Origin: Utricularia gibba
Taxonomy: Eukaryota > Plantae > Magnoliophyta
Reading direction: 5' to 3'
DNA: 64,000 nucleotides
Assembly: GCA_002189035.1 (NCBI GenBank)
Contig: CM007992.1
Location: 1,984,001 to 2,048,000, forward strand
The notes beneath the pieces are model-generated. The model ran no database searches and was not told the DNA's origin. It was given only the letters and a program-made list of their open reading frames with translations. The position numbers and the translations under genes were made by a program. Position 1 is the first letter of the stretch; every line of letters begins with the position of its first letter. Below are positions 38,701 to 50,482 of this stretch, piece by piece.

Positions 38701-39978
38701 TGTCACAATGCCTGCACTTCTGATTGCCCATCGTTGATGTTTGGATTGACGTTGGTGATTGTTTGATGGCTGTTGACTTGACATCTTTGACATTGTTAAT
38801 TGCACCTGAGGTTACATTCATATTCTGCATTTTGGTGAGGAGAGCAGCTTCACCATAAGTTTTCTCAACTTCATAACCATCTCTTAGTTCCAATCTCTTT
38901 TCTGTAGATTGCAACTCAATCATGAACTCTCTAAATGTTGGCTCTGGTGTAACAGGATATTCAGGATACAGCTGATGGAGCTTTCCTTCAATAATGTCAA
39001 AGATTTTTCTTTCTGTCTCAAATGCACATAACTTTGGCTCGAATCTTGCAGGTAGGCTCATGATTGCCTTGCTAATCACCTTTTGATCCTCAAGTTTTTC
39101 CCCCAATCCTCGAATCTCCTTCACAAGCTTCGCAGTACGTTCATAATAGACTTGTATGGTTTCATTGTCTAACATTTTGTTCCTCTCAAAGTCCTCCAGC
39201 TTGTTTTTGCATAATATCTCTCTGAGTTTGGCATCGCCTTCATAATGGGATTTGAGAGTATTCCATATTTCTTTTGCTGATTGACACTCTGCAATATCAT
39301 CAAATAGATGTTCAGAGATGGCTTGATACAAGGCATCCATTGCTTCATCTTTTCTCTGTTGAAGATACTCAGCTTCCTCTGTTCTGATGTGGATTTGCTT
39401 GTTATTGTAATAGCCGGAATCTCCCTTTCAACAACATCCCAAATCTTTCTGACCCGAAGGTAGCTGCGCATCTTTTTGACCCAGCTTCCATACTCTGAAC
39501 CATCAAATATTGGAGGTCCTCTACCAGATGCCATCATAGCCACCGCTTGACAAGCTTTGGGTTGATACTTGGTAGTCCACCAGGTAAAAAACGCTGAACG
39601 GTATATAAAATACTGAAACGAACACAGGTTTGAGAACCTTACTGCTCTGATACCATGTTATTGCAAGAAAAATAGAGTCTTGGGAAGTAACAAAAAGGTA
39701 ATGCTTATGAGATCACCTTAGATGAAAAACGACTCATGAACAATAATAATGACCGAAAACCTAATGACACGCATTCCTAGTAGGGTTTATATATACCCAA
39801 TACCTAGGTTACCCAACAGTGGGCCACAATCATTGAAAACACACAAAAAGCCCAACAACTCAAATCCAACACTTCCATGCTCGAACCCAATACCTTTTTT
39901 ATCTGAAATATGACATTATGACACATGTTTAGTTCTTCCAATCACCTTCAAGGTTTGGATTGAGGCTGATCTCCAACA

Positions 39979-41674
39979 AAAGCATGCAATTAGTTACCTC
40001 AGTTTGCCCATCGGTTTGAGGGTGTCATGTTGTTGAGTATAACAGTTTAGTGCCAAGTTTACTCCAAGGAACTCTCCAAAAGTGACTGAGAAACCTTGCA
40101 TCTCAGTTTTATGGCAGGGAATAAAGTGTGCCATCTTTGAAAACCTGTCCACATCAACAAAAATTGAATCTCTACCCCTTTGTTTACGAGGTAAGCCTAA
40201 AACAAAGTCCATAGAAATGTCCACCCATGGTTGAGAAGGAGTAGGGAGTGGAGTATACAAACCATTAGGGGCAGTGGTTGATTTAGCCTTCCTACAAGAG
40301 ATACATCTAGAACAAATTCTTTCAACATCCCTTCTCATGTGTGGCCAAAAGAAATGTTGGGTGAGAGTATCAAGAGTCTTTTTAACACAAAAATGTCCCA
40401 TTAGTCCCCCACCATGAGTTTATCTAAGAATCAAATCACGTATGGAGCAAGAAGGAATGCACAGCCTATCTTTCCTATAAAGAAAACCATCTTTCCTGGA
40501 GAATAGTCCAGATGGAGCAAGTTCACATGCCTTATAAATATCCCCAAAATCGTGATCATAAACATATAAGTCAATGATGGTAGCAAATCCAAGAAAATTC
40601 TTGCATCAAGATTAGCTAAAAGAGTGTACTTTCGAGATAAAGCATCACCAACCACATTCTCCTTACCTTTCTTGTATTTGATCACATATGGGAATGTGTC
40701 AATGAATTCCACCCACTTAGCATGTCTTCTATTCAGCTTTCCTTGAGCCTTCAAATGTTTGAGAGACTCATGATTAGTGTGTATCACGAACTCCTTGTAT
40801 CAGCTTTCCTTGAGCCTTTGTCATATGTTCGATAGTTGAGGGTGGCACCATGAAGCTTCTCACTAAAATAAGCAAGTGGACGTCCTTTTTGCATCAACAC
40901 AGCACCAATGCCTAAACCTGATGCATCACATTCAATTTCAAAAGTATGAGAAAAATTTGGAAGTGTTAAGAGAGGTGTTGAGCAAAGCTTATTCTTGAGT
41001 TGTTTGAAAGCATGTTCCTGCTCATCTCCCCAATGAAATGCATGATTTTTCTTGATCAACTGTGTGAGGGGTGCTGCTATAGACCTGAAGTCCCTAACAA
41101 ACCGTCTATAGAAACTTGCTAAGCCATGAAAACTCTTAACTTCACCCACTGATGTAGGTGTTGGCTATTTTTTGATTGCTCTTACTTTCTCTTCATCCAC
41201 AGCTACTCCTGCATCACTTACAACATATCCAAGAAAAGAGACACTATTTGTGCAAAAGACACACTTTCTAATATTAGCAAACAACTTCTCTTTTCTAAGA
41301 GTATCTAACACATCTTTCAAATGCCCTACATGTTCCTCAATACTTTTACTATAAATCAGAATATTATCAAAATAAACAACAACAAATCTACCTATAAGAG
41401 GCCTAAGAACGTGATTCATCAATCTCATAAAGGTGGTAGGAGCATTGGTTAACCCAAAAGGCATAACAACCCACTCATACAAACCAAACTTAGTTTTAAA
41501 AGCAGTTTTCCACTCATCACCTTCCTTCATTCTAATCTGATGATATCCATTTCTCAAATCAATCTTACTAAAAACACAAGCACCATGCAATTCATCAAGC
41601 ATATCTTCAAGTCTAGGGATAGGATGTCTATACTTGATTGTGATGTTGTTGATGGCGCGACAATCAGTGCACAT
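39979..41674 (-). mobile_element. CRM-type pol fragment (RT, RNase H, integrase N-terminus/core), frameshifted
   Basis: [29 protein letters not shown]…[11 protein letters not shown]…[29 protein letters not shown]…GLYTPLP. Confidence 0.9.
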
Positions 41675-44600
41675 TTACATACTCGAACACAACATTTACA
41701 TACTTGAATCCAACACCTTTTCTTTATCTAAAACATGACATTATGACACAAGATTAATACTTCCAATCACCTTCAACCTTTGGATTGAGTCTGATCTCCA
41801 ACACCCCCCCCCCCCCCCGACCGATATCTCCCAACTTGAGAAAGTCTTCCATAGTCATGAGATTCATGTTCTTCCTTGCTAACTCAAACTGAACTCTGTT
41901 CAAACCTTTGGTGAGCCCATTAGCAAGCTGATTCACACTCTCAACATACTGCACTTTAATCTTCTTCTCCTTGATGTAATTCCTAATGACATGATACCTG
42001 ATTCTTATGCGTTTTGCTTTGCTGAAGTTCGTTGGATCCTTGGCAATGAATATTGCAGCTCGATTATCCATAAGCAGATGCGTAGCTTCCTTTTGTAAGA
42101 ATCCAAGTTCGTTTAACATCTACCTCAACCAAACACAATAGTTCGAAGTATGTGCTGCTGAGATATATTCTGCTTCAGCTGTTAATTGTGCTACCACCTT
42201 TTGTTTCTTCGAAAACCAGACTACAGGACTCTTATTTAAGAAGAAGAGTGCACCAGATGTACTCTTGCTATCTTCAGCCATACCATAATCACTATCTGAG
42301 TAGGCTCTAAGTTTCAACACTGGTTTTTCACCTTCATAGGATAGAACAATGCGAAATCAATAGTAGATTTTATGTACCTGAAAGCTCTTTTCACAGCTGC
42401 CATGTGAGTTGTTGATTTGTTGAGGAAGCGAGATAACACATTTACACAAAAACACAGGTCAGGCCTTGTATGCTGTAGATAAATGAGACTTCCAATCATA
42501 CTTTTGTAAGTAGTAGCATCCACATTCCTTCCCTGATTATTCTATAGAATTACCTGTTTATAATCCAAAGGGGTTTTTGAAGGATTGACATCTTTGAACC
42601 CAAACATTTCAAGAAGTTCATTACAGTACTTTTTCTGAGATATGAATGTTCCAACACCTGCCAGTTGATAAATTTCCATGCCTAGATAGTAGGACATCAT
42701 TCCAAGGCCAGTCATCTTGAATTCATTTTTGAGAAGGGCTTTGAATTCTTCAATCTTCCTTTCATCACCTGAAGTAATCATTAGATCATCCACATATAGG
42801 CTAACAAATAAACGATCATCTCTCTTTCCTTTAACGTACAGTGAGTAATCACTATATGTTTTTCTGAAACCAATACCCTGGAGAAAGTTATCTATGTGTT
42901 CATTCCATGCTCTAGGAGCTTGCTTCAACCCATAAAGAGATTTCTTTAGCTTCAATACTTTGTCTTCATGACCTGACACTTCGAAGCCCTTTGGTTGTTC
43001 AACAAAAACAACCTCCTCCAACACACCATTCAAGAACGCAGTCTTAACATCCATGTGATGCACTTTCCATCCATGAGCAGCTGAAATGGCAAGAAGTACT
43101 TTAATCGTGTCAAATCTTGCTACTGGTGCAAAAACCTCATGAAAATTTATTCCTTTGATCTGACTATATCCCTTGGCTACTAATCTAGCCTTATATTTGT
43201 TGATAGAACCATCTGCATTCATCTTGGTTTTGAATAACCACTTGAGGCCAATAGGTTTGAAACCTCTATCCTTGGGTTTATCAACTAACTCCCATGTTTC
43301 ATTTTCAAGTATAGAGTTCATTTCTTCCTTCATGGCCTCTCTCCATTTCGGATTTTGTACAGCCACTTCAAATGATGTCGGATCTCCTGTCAATAATCCA
43401 GCCAAAATATCAGCTACAGCATCTTGGACATCATCATTCAACTTGGAGAAACTTATTGTAGGAGCCTTGTTTCTTTTGCTTCGTCTAATGTCAGTAACAT
43501 GACTATCTTCATTATCTATTGAATCTCTGATGTTTTTGCGTTTCCTCCTTTGACAATCACGATCAGATGGGTAATAATCTTCATCATCAGTATCAGGTTC
43601 CTCTCCATCAGATTCATCTGTTGATGAGTCTTCTGCATTCGTGCCTTGCTCCTCTTCTGGATTTCGAAATTCCCATCTGAATGTAGATCATTGGCCTTCT
43701 CCTCCTCTGGAGCTGGAAAATTCTCATCTGAATGCTGATCATTTACTTGATTTGAATCTTCATGAACGAGTTCTGAAGTTTCTTGGTTTGTTGAATTCCT
43801 GGAAGAGAAGTTTTGAGACATGTGTGTCCAGAGGTCTCCTTTCCCATGGGTGCTATGCCTTCCATCACTTTTATGAGCTTCTACATCATTCAGAGAAATG
43901 CAATCATCAATTAAAGTATACCTTGCACCTTCATCAAAAGTGACATCATGGCTGAAAATAAATTTCTTATGTTGAGGTAAATAAACTTTATATCCCTTGG
44001 TAGTGTTGCTATAACCAACAAATACACCAGATGCAGATTTCTTATCAAGTTTTCCTCGTTTTTGGTCTGGTACATGAGTAAAACACAGACTACCAAAGAT
44101 TCTGAGATGATCAACCTTTTTAATATAACCATGCCATTTTTCATGCGCGGTTTTTCCACTAATCGCCCTTGAGGGAAGCAAGTTCAATAGATATACAGAT
44201 GTAGATACCGCTTCAGCCCAGAAATTTACAGGAAGATCTTTCTCAAACAATAGACATCTTGACATATCAAGGATTGTTCTGTTTCTCCTTTCACATACAC
44301 CATTCTGTTGTGGAGAATATGGTACGGTGAATTGATGCATGATTCCCTCATTTTCACAGAACATTCTCATGCTATTATTGTAGAATTCGCCTCCATTGTC
44401 TGATCTAATCATCTTCAAAGAGCATCCACTCTGATTCTCAATCATCACTTTGAATTTTCGAAAGATATGATGAACTTCTGACTTGCTTTTAAGAAAGTAA
44501 ACCCAACAATAACGTGAATAATCATCAATGAATGTAACAAAATATCTACTCCCCCCTAATGAACATTCCTTAAATGGTCCACAAACATCTGTATGCACAA

Positions 44601-46781
44601 GCTCTAATTTCTCCTTTGCTACTGAATCACTGGAATAAAACGGCTTTCTACATTGCTTACCTTGATGGCACACTTCACATATGGCATTAGCAAACTTGAT
44701 GTCTTTCAATTCCAGTACTTCCTTATTCTTCTGCAATATTTTCAAATTGTTGAAGCTATAGTGCCCAAAACGTTTGTGCCAAAGGCTGCTTTGATCCTGA
44801 AGTGAGAAAATACAACTTTTATGATCACTGACCATGATTTGGTAGAGGTTGTAGGTGGTCAACACAGCATGGAATTCAATCTTCGTTTTTGGATCAGCAA
44901 CCTTAACTTTAGTGGTTATACCACCAGCATCCTTCATCAGCTCAATGTCAAAACCTTGCCTGCTCAATTGGCCAAAGCTCAACAGGTTCTGTTTGAGGTT
45001 TGGTGAATAATAAACATCATCAACTTGAACAATTCCTTCTTTTAGCAAGAGTAAAATGCTTCCTTTGCCCACAGTGCCAATATTTTCACCAGTGCACGTG
45101 CTTACCTCCTTCCCAATCCTTTCAAGCTTGAGAAATGACCTTGTATCACAACATACATGATAGGAGGCACCAGAGTCCAAGTACCAATCTTTAGCATCTG
45201 AGGCTACTGTCATTAGAGCACACTCATACTCAAAAGGATTTTCAAAAGATATTTCTGGCTCATCTTCAAAGTAGGTAAAGGATGCATGTGATTTCTCTTC
45301 CCTGGAAGTAGTCTTCTTGTTATGTTCAACTTTTATTGGATTGGACATTCCACATACCTTATCAAGATGGCCTCTTTGATTGCATTTCGTGCACAAAGCA
45401 TCAGGCTTCCACCAACAAAACTCACTCCTGTGATTCTGTTTGTTGCAATGCTTGCAAGCATTTGTGCTTAAAGTCCAACAATCTTCACTCTTATGGTTGG
45501 ATTTGTCACAATGCCTGCACTTCTGATTGCCCATCGTTGATGTTTGGATTGACGTTGGTGATTGTTTGATGGCTGTTGACTTGACATCTTTGACATTGTT
45601 AATTGCACCTGAGGTTACATTCATATTCTGCATTTTGGTGAGGAGAGCAGCTTCACCATAAGTTTTCTCAACTTCATAACCATCTCTTAGTTCCAATCTC
45701 TTTTCTGTAGATTGCAACTCAATCATGAACTCTCTAAATGTTGGCTCTGGTGTAACAGGATATTCAGGATACAGCTGATGGAGCTTTCCTTCAATAATGT
45801 CAAAGATTTTTCTTTCTGTCTCAAATGCACATAACTTTGGCTCGAATCTTGCAGGTAGGCTCATGATTGCCTTGCTAATCACCTTTTGATCCTCAAGTTT
45901 TTCCCCCAATCCTCGAATCTCCTTCACAAGCTTCGCAGTACGTTCATAATAGACTTGTATGGTTTCATTGTCTAACATTTTGTTCCTCTCAAAGTCCTCC
46001 AGCTTGTTTTTGCATAATATCTCTCTGAGTTTGGCATCGCCTTCATAATGGGATTTGAGAGTATTCCATATTTCTTTTGCTGATTGACACTCTGCAATAT
46101 CATCAAATAGATGTTCAGAGATGGCTTGATACAAGGCATCCATTGCTTCATCTTTTCTCTGTTGAAGATTCTCAGCTTCCTCTGTTCTGATGTGGATTTG
46201 CTTGTTATTGTAATAGCCGGAATCTCCCTTTCAACAACATCCCAAATCTTTCTGACCCGAAGGTAGCTGCGCATCTTTTTGACCCAGCTTCCATACTCTG
46301 AACCATCAAATATTGGAGGTCCTCTACCAGATGCCATCATAGCCACCGCTTGACAAGCTTTGGGTTGATACTTGGTAGTCCACCAGGTAAAAAACGCTGA
46401 ACGGTATATAAAATACTGAAACGAACACAGGTTTGAGAACCTTACTGCTCTGATACCATGTTATTGCAAGAAAAATAGAGTCTTGGGAAGTAACAAAAAG
46501 GTAATGCTTATGAGATCACCTTAGATGAAAAACGACTCATGAACAATAATAATGACCGAAAACCTAATGACACGCATTCCTAGTAGGGTTTATATATACC
46601 CAATACCTAGGTTACCCAACAGTGGGCCACAATCATTGAAAACACACAAAAAGCCCAACAACTCAAATCCAACACTTCCATGCTCGAACCCAATACCTTT
46701 TTTATCTGAAATATGACATTATGACACATGTTTAGTTCTTCCAATCACCTTCAAGGTTTGGATTGAGGCTGATCTCCAACA
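41675..46781 (-). mobile_element. chimeric copia: young 5' part (LTR-A 46459-46781, gag to RT start) fused to an old subfamily-D RT-RH and a truncated 3' LTR (to 41803)
   Basis: Diagnostic bases switch from D type (43046) to young type (43167). Confidence 0.88.
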
Positions 46782-48477
46782 AAAGCATGCAATTAGTTAC
46801 CTCAGTTTGCCCATCGGTTTGAGGGTGTCATGTTGTTGAGTATAACAGTTTAGTGCCAAGTTTACTCCAAGGAACTCTCCAAAAGTGACTGAGAAACCTT
46901 GCATCTCAGTTTTATGGCAGGGAATAAAGTGTGCCATCTTTGAAAACCTGTCCACATCAACAAAAATTGAATCTCTACCCCTTTGTTTACGAGGTAAGCC
47001 TAAAACAAAGTCCATAGAAATGTCCACCCATGGTTGAGAAGGAGTAGGGAGTGGAGTATACAAACCATTAGGGGCAGTGGTTGATTTAGCCTTCCTACAA
47101 GAGATACATCTAGAACAAATTCTTTCAACATCCCTTCTCATGTGTGGCCAAAAGAAATGTTGGGTGAGAGTATCAAGAGTCTTTTTAACACAAAAATGTC
47201 CCATTAGTCCCCCACCATGAGTTTATCTAAGAATCAAATCACGTATGGAGCAAGAAGGAATGCACAGCCTATCTTTCCTATAAAGAAAACCATCTTTCCT
47301 GGAGAATAGTCCAGATGGAGCAAGTTCACATGCCTTATAAATATCCCCAAAATCGTGATCATAAACATATAAGTCAATGATGGTAGCAAATCCAAGAAAA
47401 TTCTTGCATCAAGATTAGCTAAAAGAGTGTACTTTCGAGATAAAGCATCACCAACCACATTCTCCTTACCTTTCTTGTATTTGATCACATATGGGAATGT
47501 GTCAATGAATTCCACCCACTTAGCATGTCTTCTATTCAGCTTTCCTTGAGCCTTCAAATGTTTGAGAGACTCATGATTAGTGTGTATCACGAACTCCTTG
47601 TATCAGCTTTCCTTGAGCCTTTGTCATATGTTCGATAGTTGAGGGTGGCACCATGAAGCTTCTCACTAAAATAAGCAAGTGGACGTCCTTTTTGCATCAA
47701 CACAGCACCAATGCCTAAACCTGATGCATCACATTCAATTTCAAAAGTATGAGAAAAATTTGGAAGTGTTAAGAGAGGTGTTGAGCAAAGCTTATTCTTG
47801 AGTTGTTTGAAAGCATGTTCCTGCTCATCTCCCCAATGAAATGCATGATTTTTCTTGATCAACTGTGTGAGGGGTGCTGCTATAGACCTGAAGTCCCTAA
47901 CAAACCGTCTATAGAAACTTGCTAAGCCATGAAAACTCTTAACTTCACCCACTGATGTAGGTGTTGGCTATTTTTTGATTGCTCTTACTTTCTCTTCATC
48001 CACAGCTACTCCTGCATCACTTACAACATATCCAAGAAAAGAGACACTATTTGTGCAAAAGACACACTTTCTAATATTAGCAAACAACTTCTCTTTTCTA
48101 AGAGTATCTAACACATCTTTCAAATGCCCTACATGTTCCTCAATACTTTTACTATAAATCAGAATATTATCAAAATAAACAACAACAAATCTACCTATAA
48201 GAGGCCTAAGAACGTGATTCATCAATCTCATAAAGGTGGTAGGAGCATTGGTTAACCCAAAAGGCATAACAACCCACTCATACAAACCAAACTTAGTTTT
48301 AAAAGCAGTTTTCCACTCATCACCTTCCTTCATTCTAATCTGATGATATCCATTTCTCAAATCAATCTTACTAAAAACACAAGCACCATGCAATTCATCA
48401 AGCATATCTTCAAGTCTAGGGATAGGATGTCTATACTTGATTGTGATGTTGTTGATGGCGCGACAATCAGTGCACAT
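46782..48477 (-). mobile_element. duplicate of the CRM pol fragment 39979-41674
   Basis: Identical ORFs at +6803. Confidence 0.9.
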
Positions 48478-50482
48478 TTACATACTCGAACACAACATTT
48501 ACATACTTGAATCCAACACCTTTTCTTTATCTAAAACATGACATTATGACACAAGATTAATACTTCCAATCACCTTCAACCTTTGGATTGAGTCTGATCT
48601 CCAACACCCCCCCCCCCCCCCCCCCGACCGATATCTCCCAACTTGAGAAAGTCTTCCATAGTCATGAGATTCATGTTCTTCCTTGCTAACTCAAACTGAA
48701 CTCTGTTCAAACCTTTGGTGAGCCCATTAGCAAGCTGATTCACACTCTCAACATACTGCACTTTAATCTTCTTCTCCTTGATGTAATTCCTAATGACATG
48801 ATACCTGATTCTTATGCGTTTTGCTTTGCTGAAGTTCGTTGGATCCTTGGCAATGAATATTGCAGCTCGATTATCCATAAGCAGATGCGTAGCTTCCTTT
48901 TGTAAGAATCCAAGTTCGTTTAACATCTACCTCAACCAAACACAATAGTTCGAAGTATGTGCTGCTGAGATATATTCTGCTTCAGCTGTTAATTGTGCTA
49001 CCACCTTTTGTTTCTTCGAAAACCAGACTACAGGACTCTTATTTAAGAAGAAGAGTGCACCAGATGTACTCTTGCTATCTTCAGCCATACCATAATCACT
49101 ATCTGAGTAGGCTCTAAGTTTCAACACTGGTTTTTCACCTTCATAGGGATAGAACAATGCGAAATCAATAGTAGATTTTATGTACCTGAAAGCTCTTTTC
49201 ACAGCTGCCATGTGAGTTGTTGATTTGTTGAGGAAGCGAGATAACACATTTACACAAAAACACAGGTCAGGCCTTGTATGCTGTAGATAAATGAGACTTC
49301 CAATCATACTTCTGTAAGTAGTAGCATCCACATTCCTTCCCTGATTATTCTATAGAATTACCTGTTTATAATCCAAAGGGGTTTTTGAAGGATTGACATC
49401 TTTGAACCCAAACATTTCAAGAAGTTCATTACAGTACTTTTTCTGAGATATGAATGTTCCAACACCTGCCAGTTGATAAATTTCCATGCCTAGATAGTAG
49501 GACATCATTCCAAGGCCAGTCATCTTGAATTCATTTTTGAGAAGGGCTTTGAATTCTTCAATCTTCCTTTCATCACCTGAAGTAATCATTAGATCATCCA
49601 CATATAGGCTAACAAATAAACGATCATCTCTCTTTCCTTTAACGTACAGTGAGTAATCACTATATGTTTTTCTGAAACCAATACCCTGGAGAAAGTTATC
49701 TATGTGTTCATTCCATGCTCTAGGAGCTTGCTTCAACCCATAAAGAGATTTCTTTAGCTTCAATACTTTGTCTTCATGACCTGACACTTCGAAGCCCTTT
49801 GGTTGTTCAACAAAAACAACCTCCTCCAACACACCATTCAAGAACGCAGTCTTAACATCCATGTGATGCACTTTCCATCCATGAGCAGCTGAAATGGCAA
49901 GAAGTACTTTAATCGTGTCAAATCTTGCTACTGGTGCAAAAACCTCATGAAAATTTATTCCTTTGATCTGACTAAATCCCTTGGCTACTAATCTAGTCTT
50001 ATATTTGTTGATAGAACCATCTGCATTCATCTTGGTTTTGAATAACTACTTGAGGCCAATAGGTTTGAAACCCCTATCCTTGGGTTTCTCAACTAACTCT
50101 CATGTTTCATTTTCAAGTATACAATTCATTTCTTCCTTCATGTCCTCTCTCCATTTCGAATTTTGTACAGCCACTTCAAATGATGTTGGATCTCCTGTCA
50201 ATAATCCAGCCAAAATATCAGCTACAGCATCCTGGACATCATCATTGAACTTGGAGAAACTTATTGTAGGAGCCTTGTTTCTTTTGCTTCTTCTAATGTC
50301 AGTAACATGACTATCTTCATTATCCATTGAATCTCTGATGTTTTTGTGTTTCCTTCCTTGCCAATCACGATCAGATGGGTAATAATCTTCATTATCAGTA
50401 TTAGGTTCCTCTCCATCAGATTCGTCTGTTTATGAGTCTTCTGCATTCGTGCCTTGCTCCTCTTCTGGGATTTCCAAATTCC
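48478..50482 (-). mobile_element. subfamily-D copia 3' half (integrase tail, RT, RNase H, poly-G PPT, truncated 3' LTR ending 48606)
   Basis: ORFs 50100-50327, 49350-50030, 48927-49331 and 48576-48926 contain premature stops. Confidence 0.88.

Larger units (their letters stand above)
29371..39978 (-). mobile_element. full-length copia (LTR-A 39656-39978, PBS 39644-39655, LTR-A 29371-29693), split in RT by the 30410-35711 insertion; gag frameshifted by a 4-bp deletion
   Basis: ORFs 39169-39543, 35666-39340 and 29663-30388. The LTRs differ at 1 base. The flanks TGGTT/AAAGC give no TSD. Confidence 0.93.
36300..49910. repeat. 6.8-kb head-to-tail tandem duplication (unit boundary within 43047-43166)
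   Basis: Features recur at +6803/6804 with near identity. The outer limits are approximate. Confidence 0.9.

Noticed and set aside
9180-41674. CRM 5' half (9180-12535) and CRM pol (39979-41674) as one split element
   Set aside because: The RT breakpoints are close, but their order is wrong for a single minus-strand element without an additional unsupported rearrangement.
751-43660. Single-G frameshifts (751-755, ~31287, ~42339, ~43660) as programmed frameshifting or true inactivation
   Set aside because: All lie in homopolymers at different positions and the 55029 copy is open, so there is no conserved recoding site. They may be consensus errors and need read-level checking.
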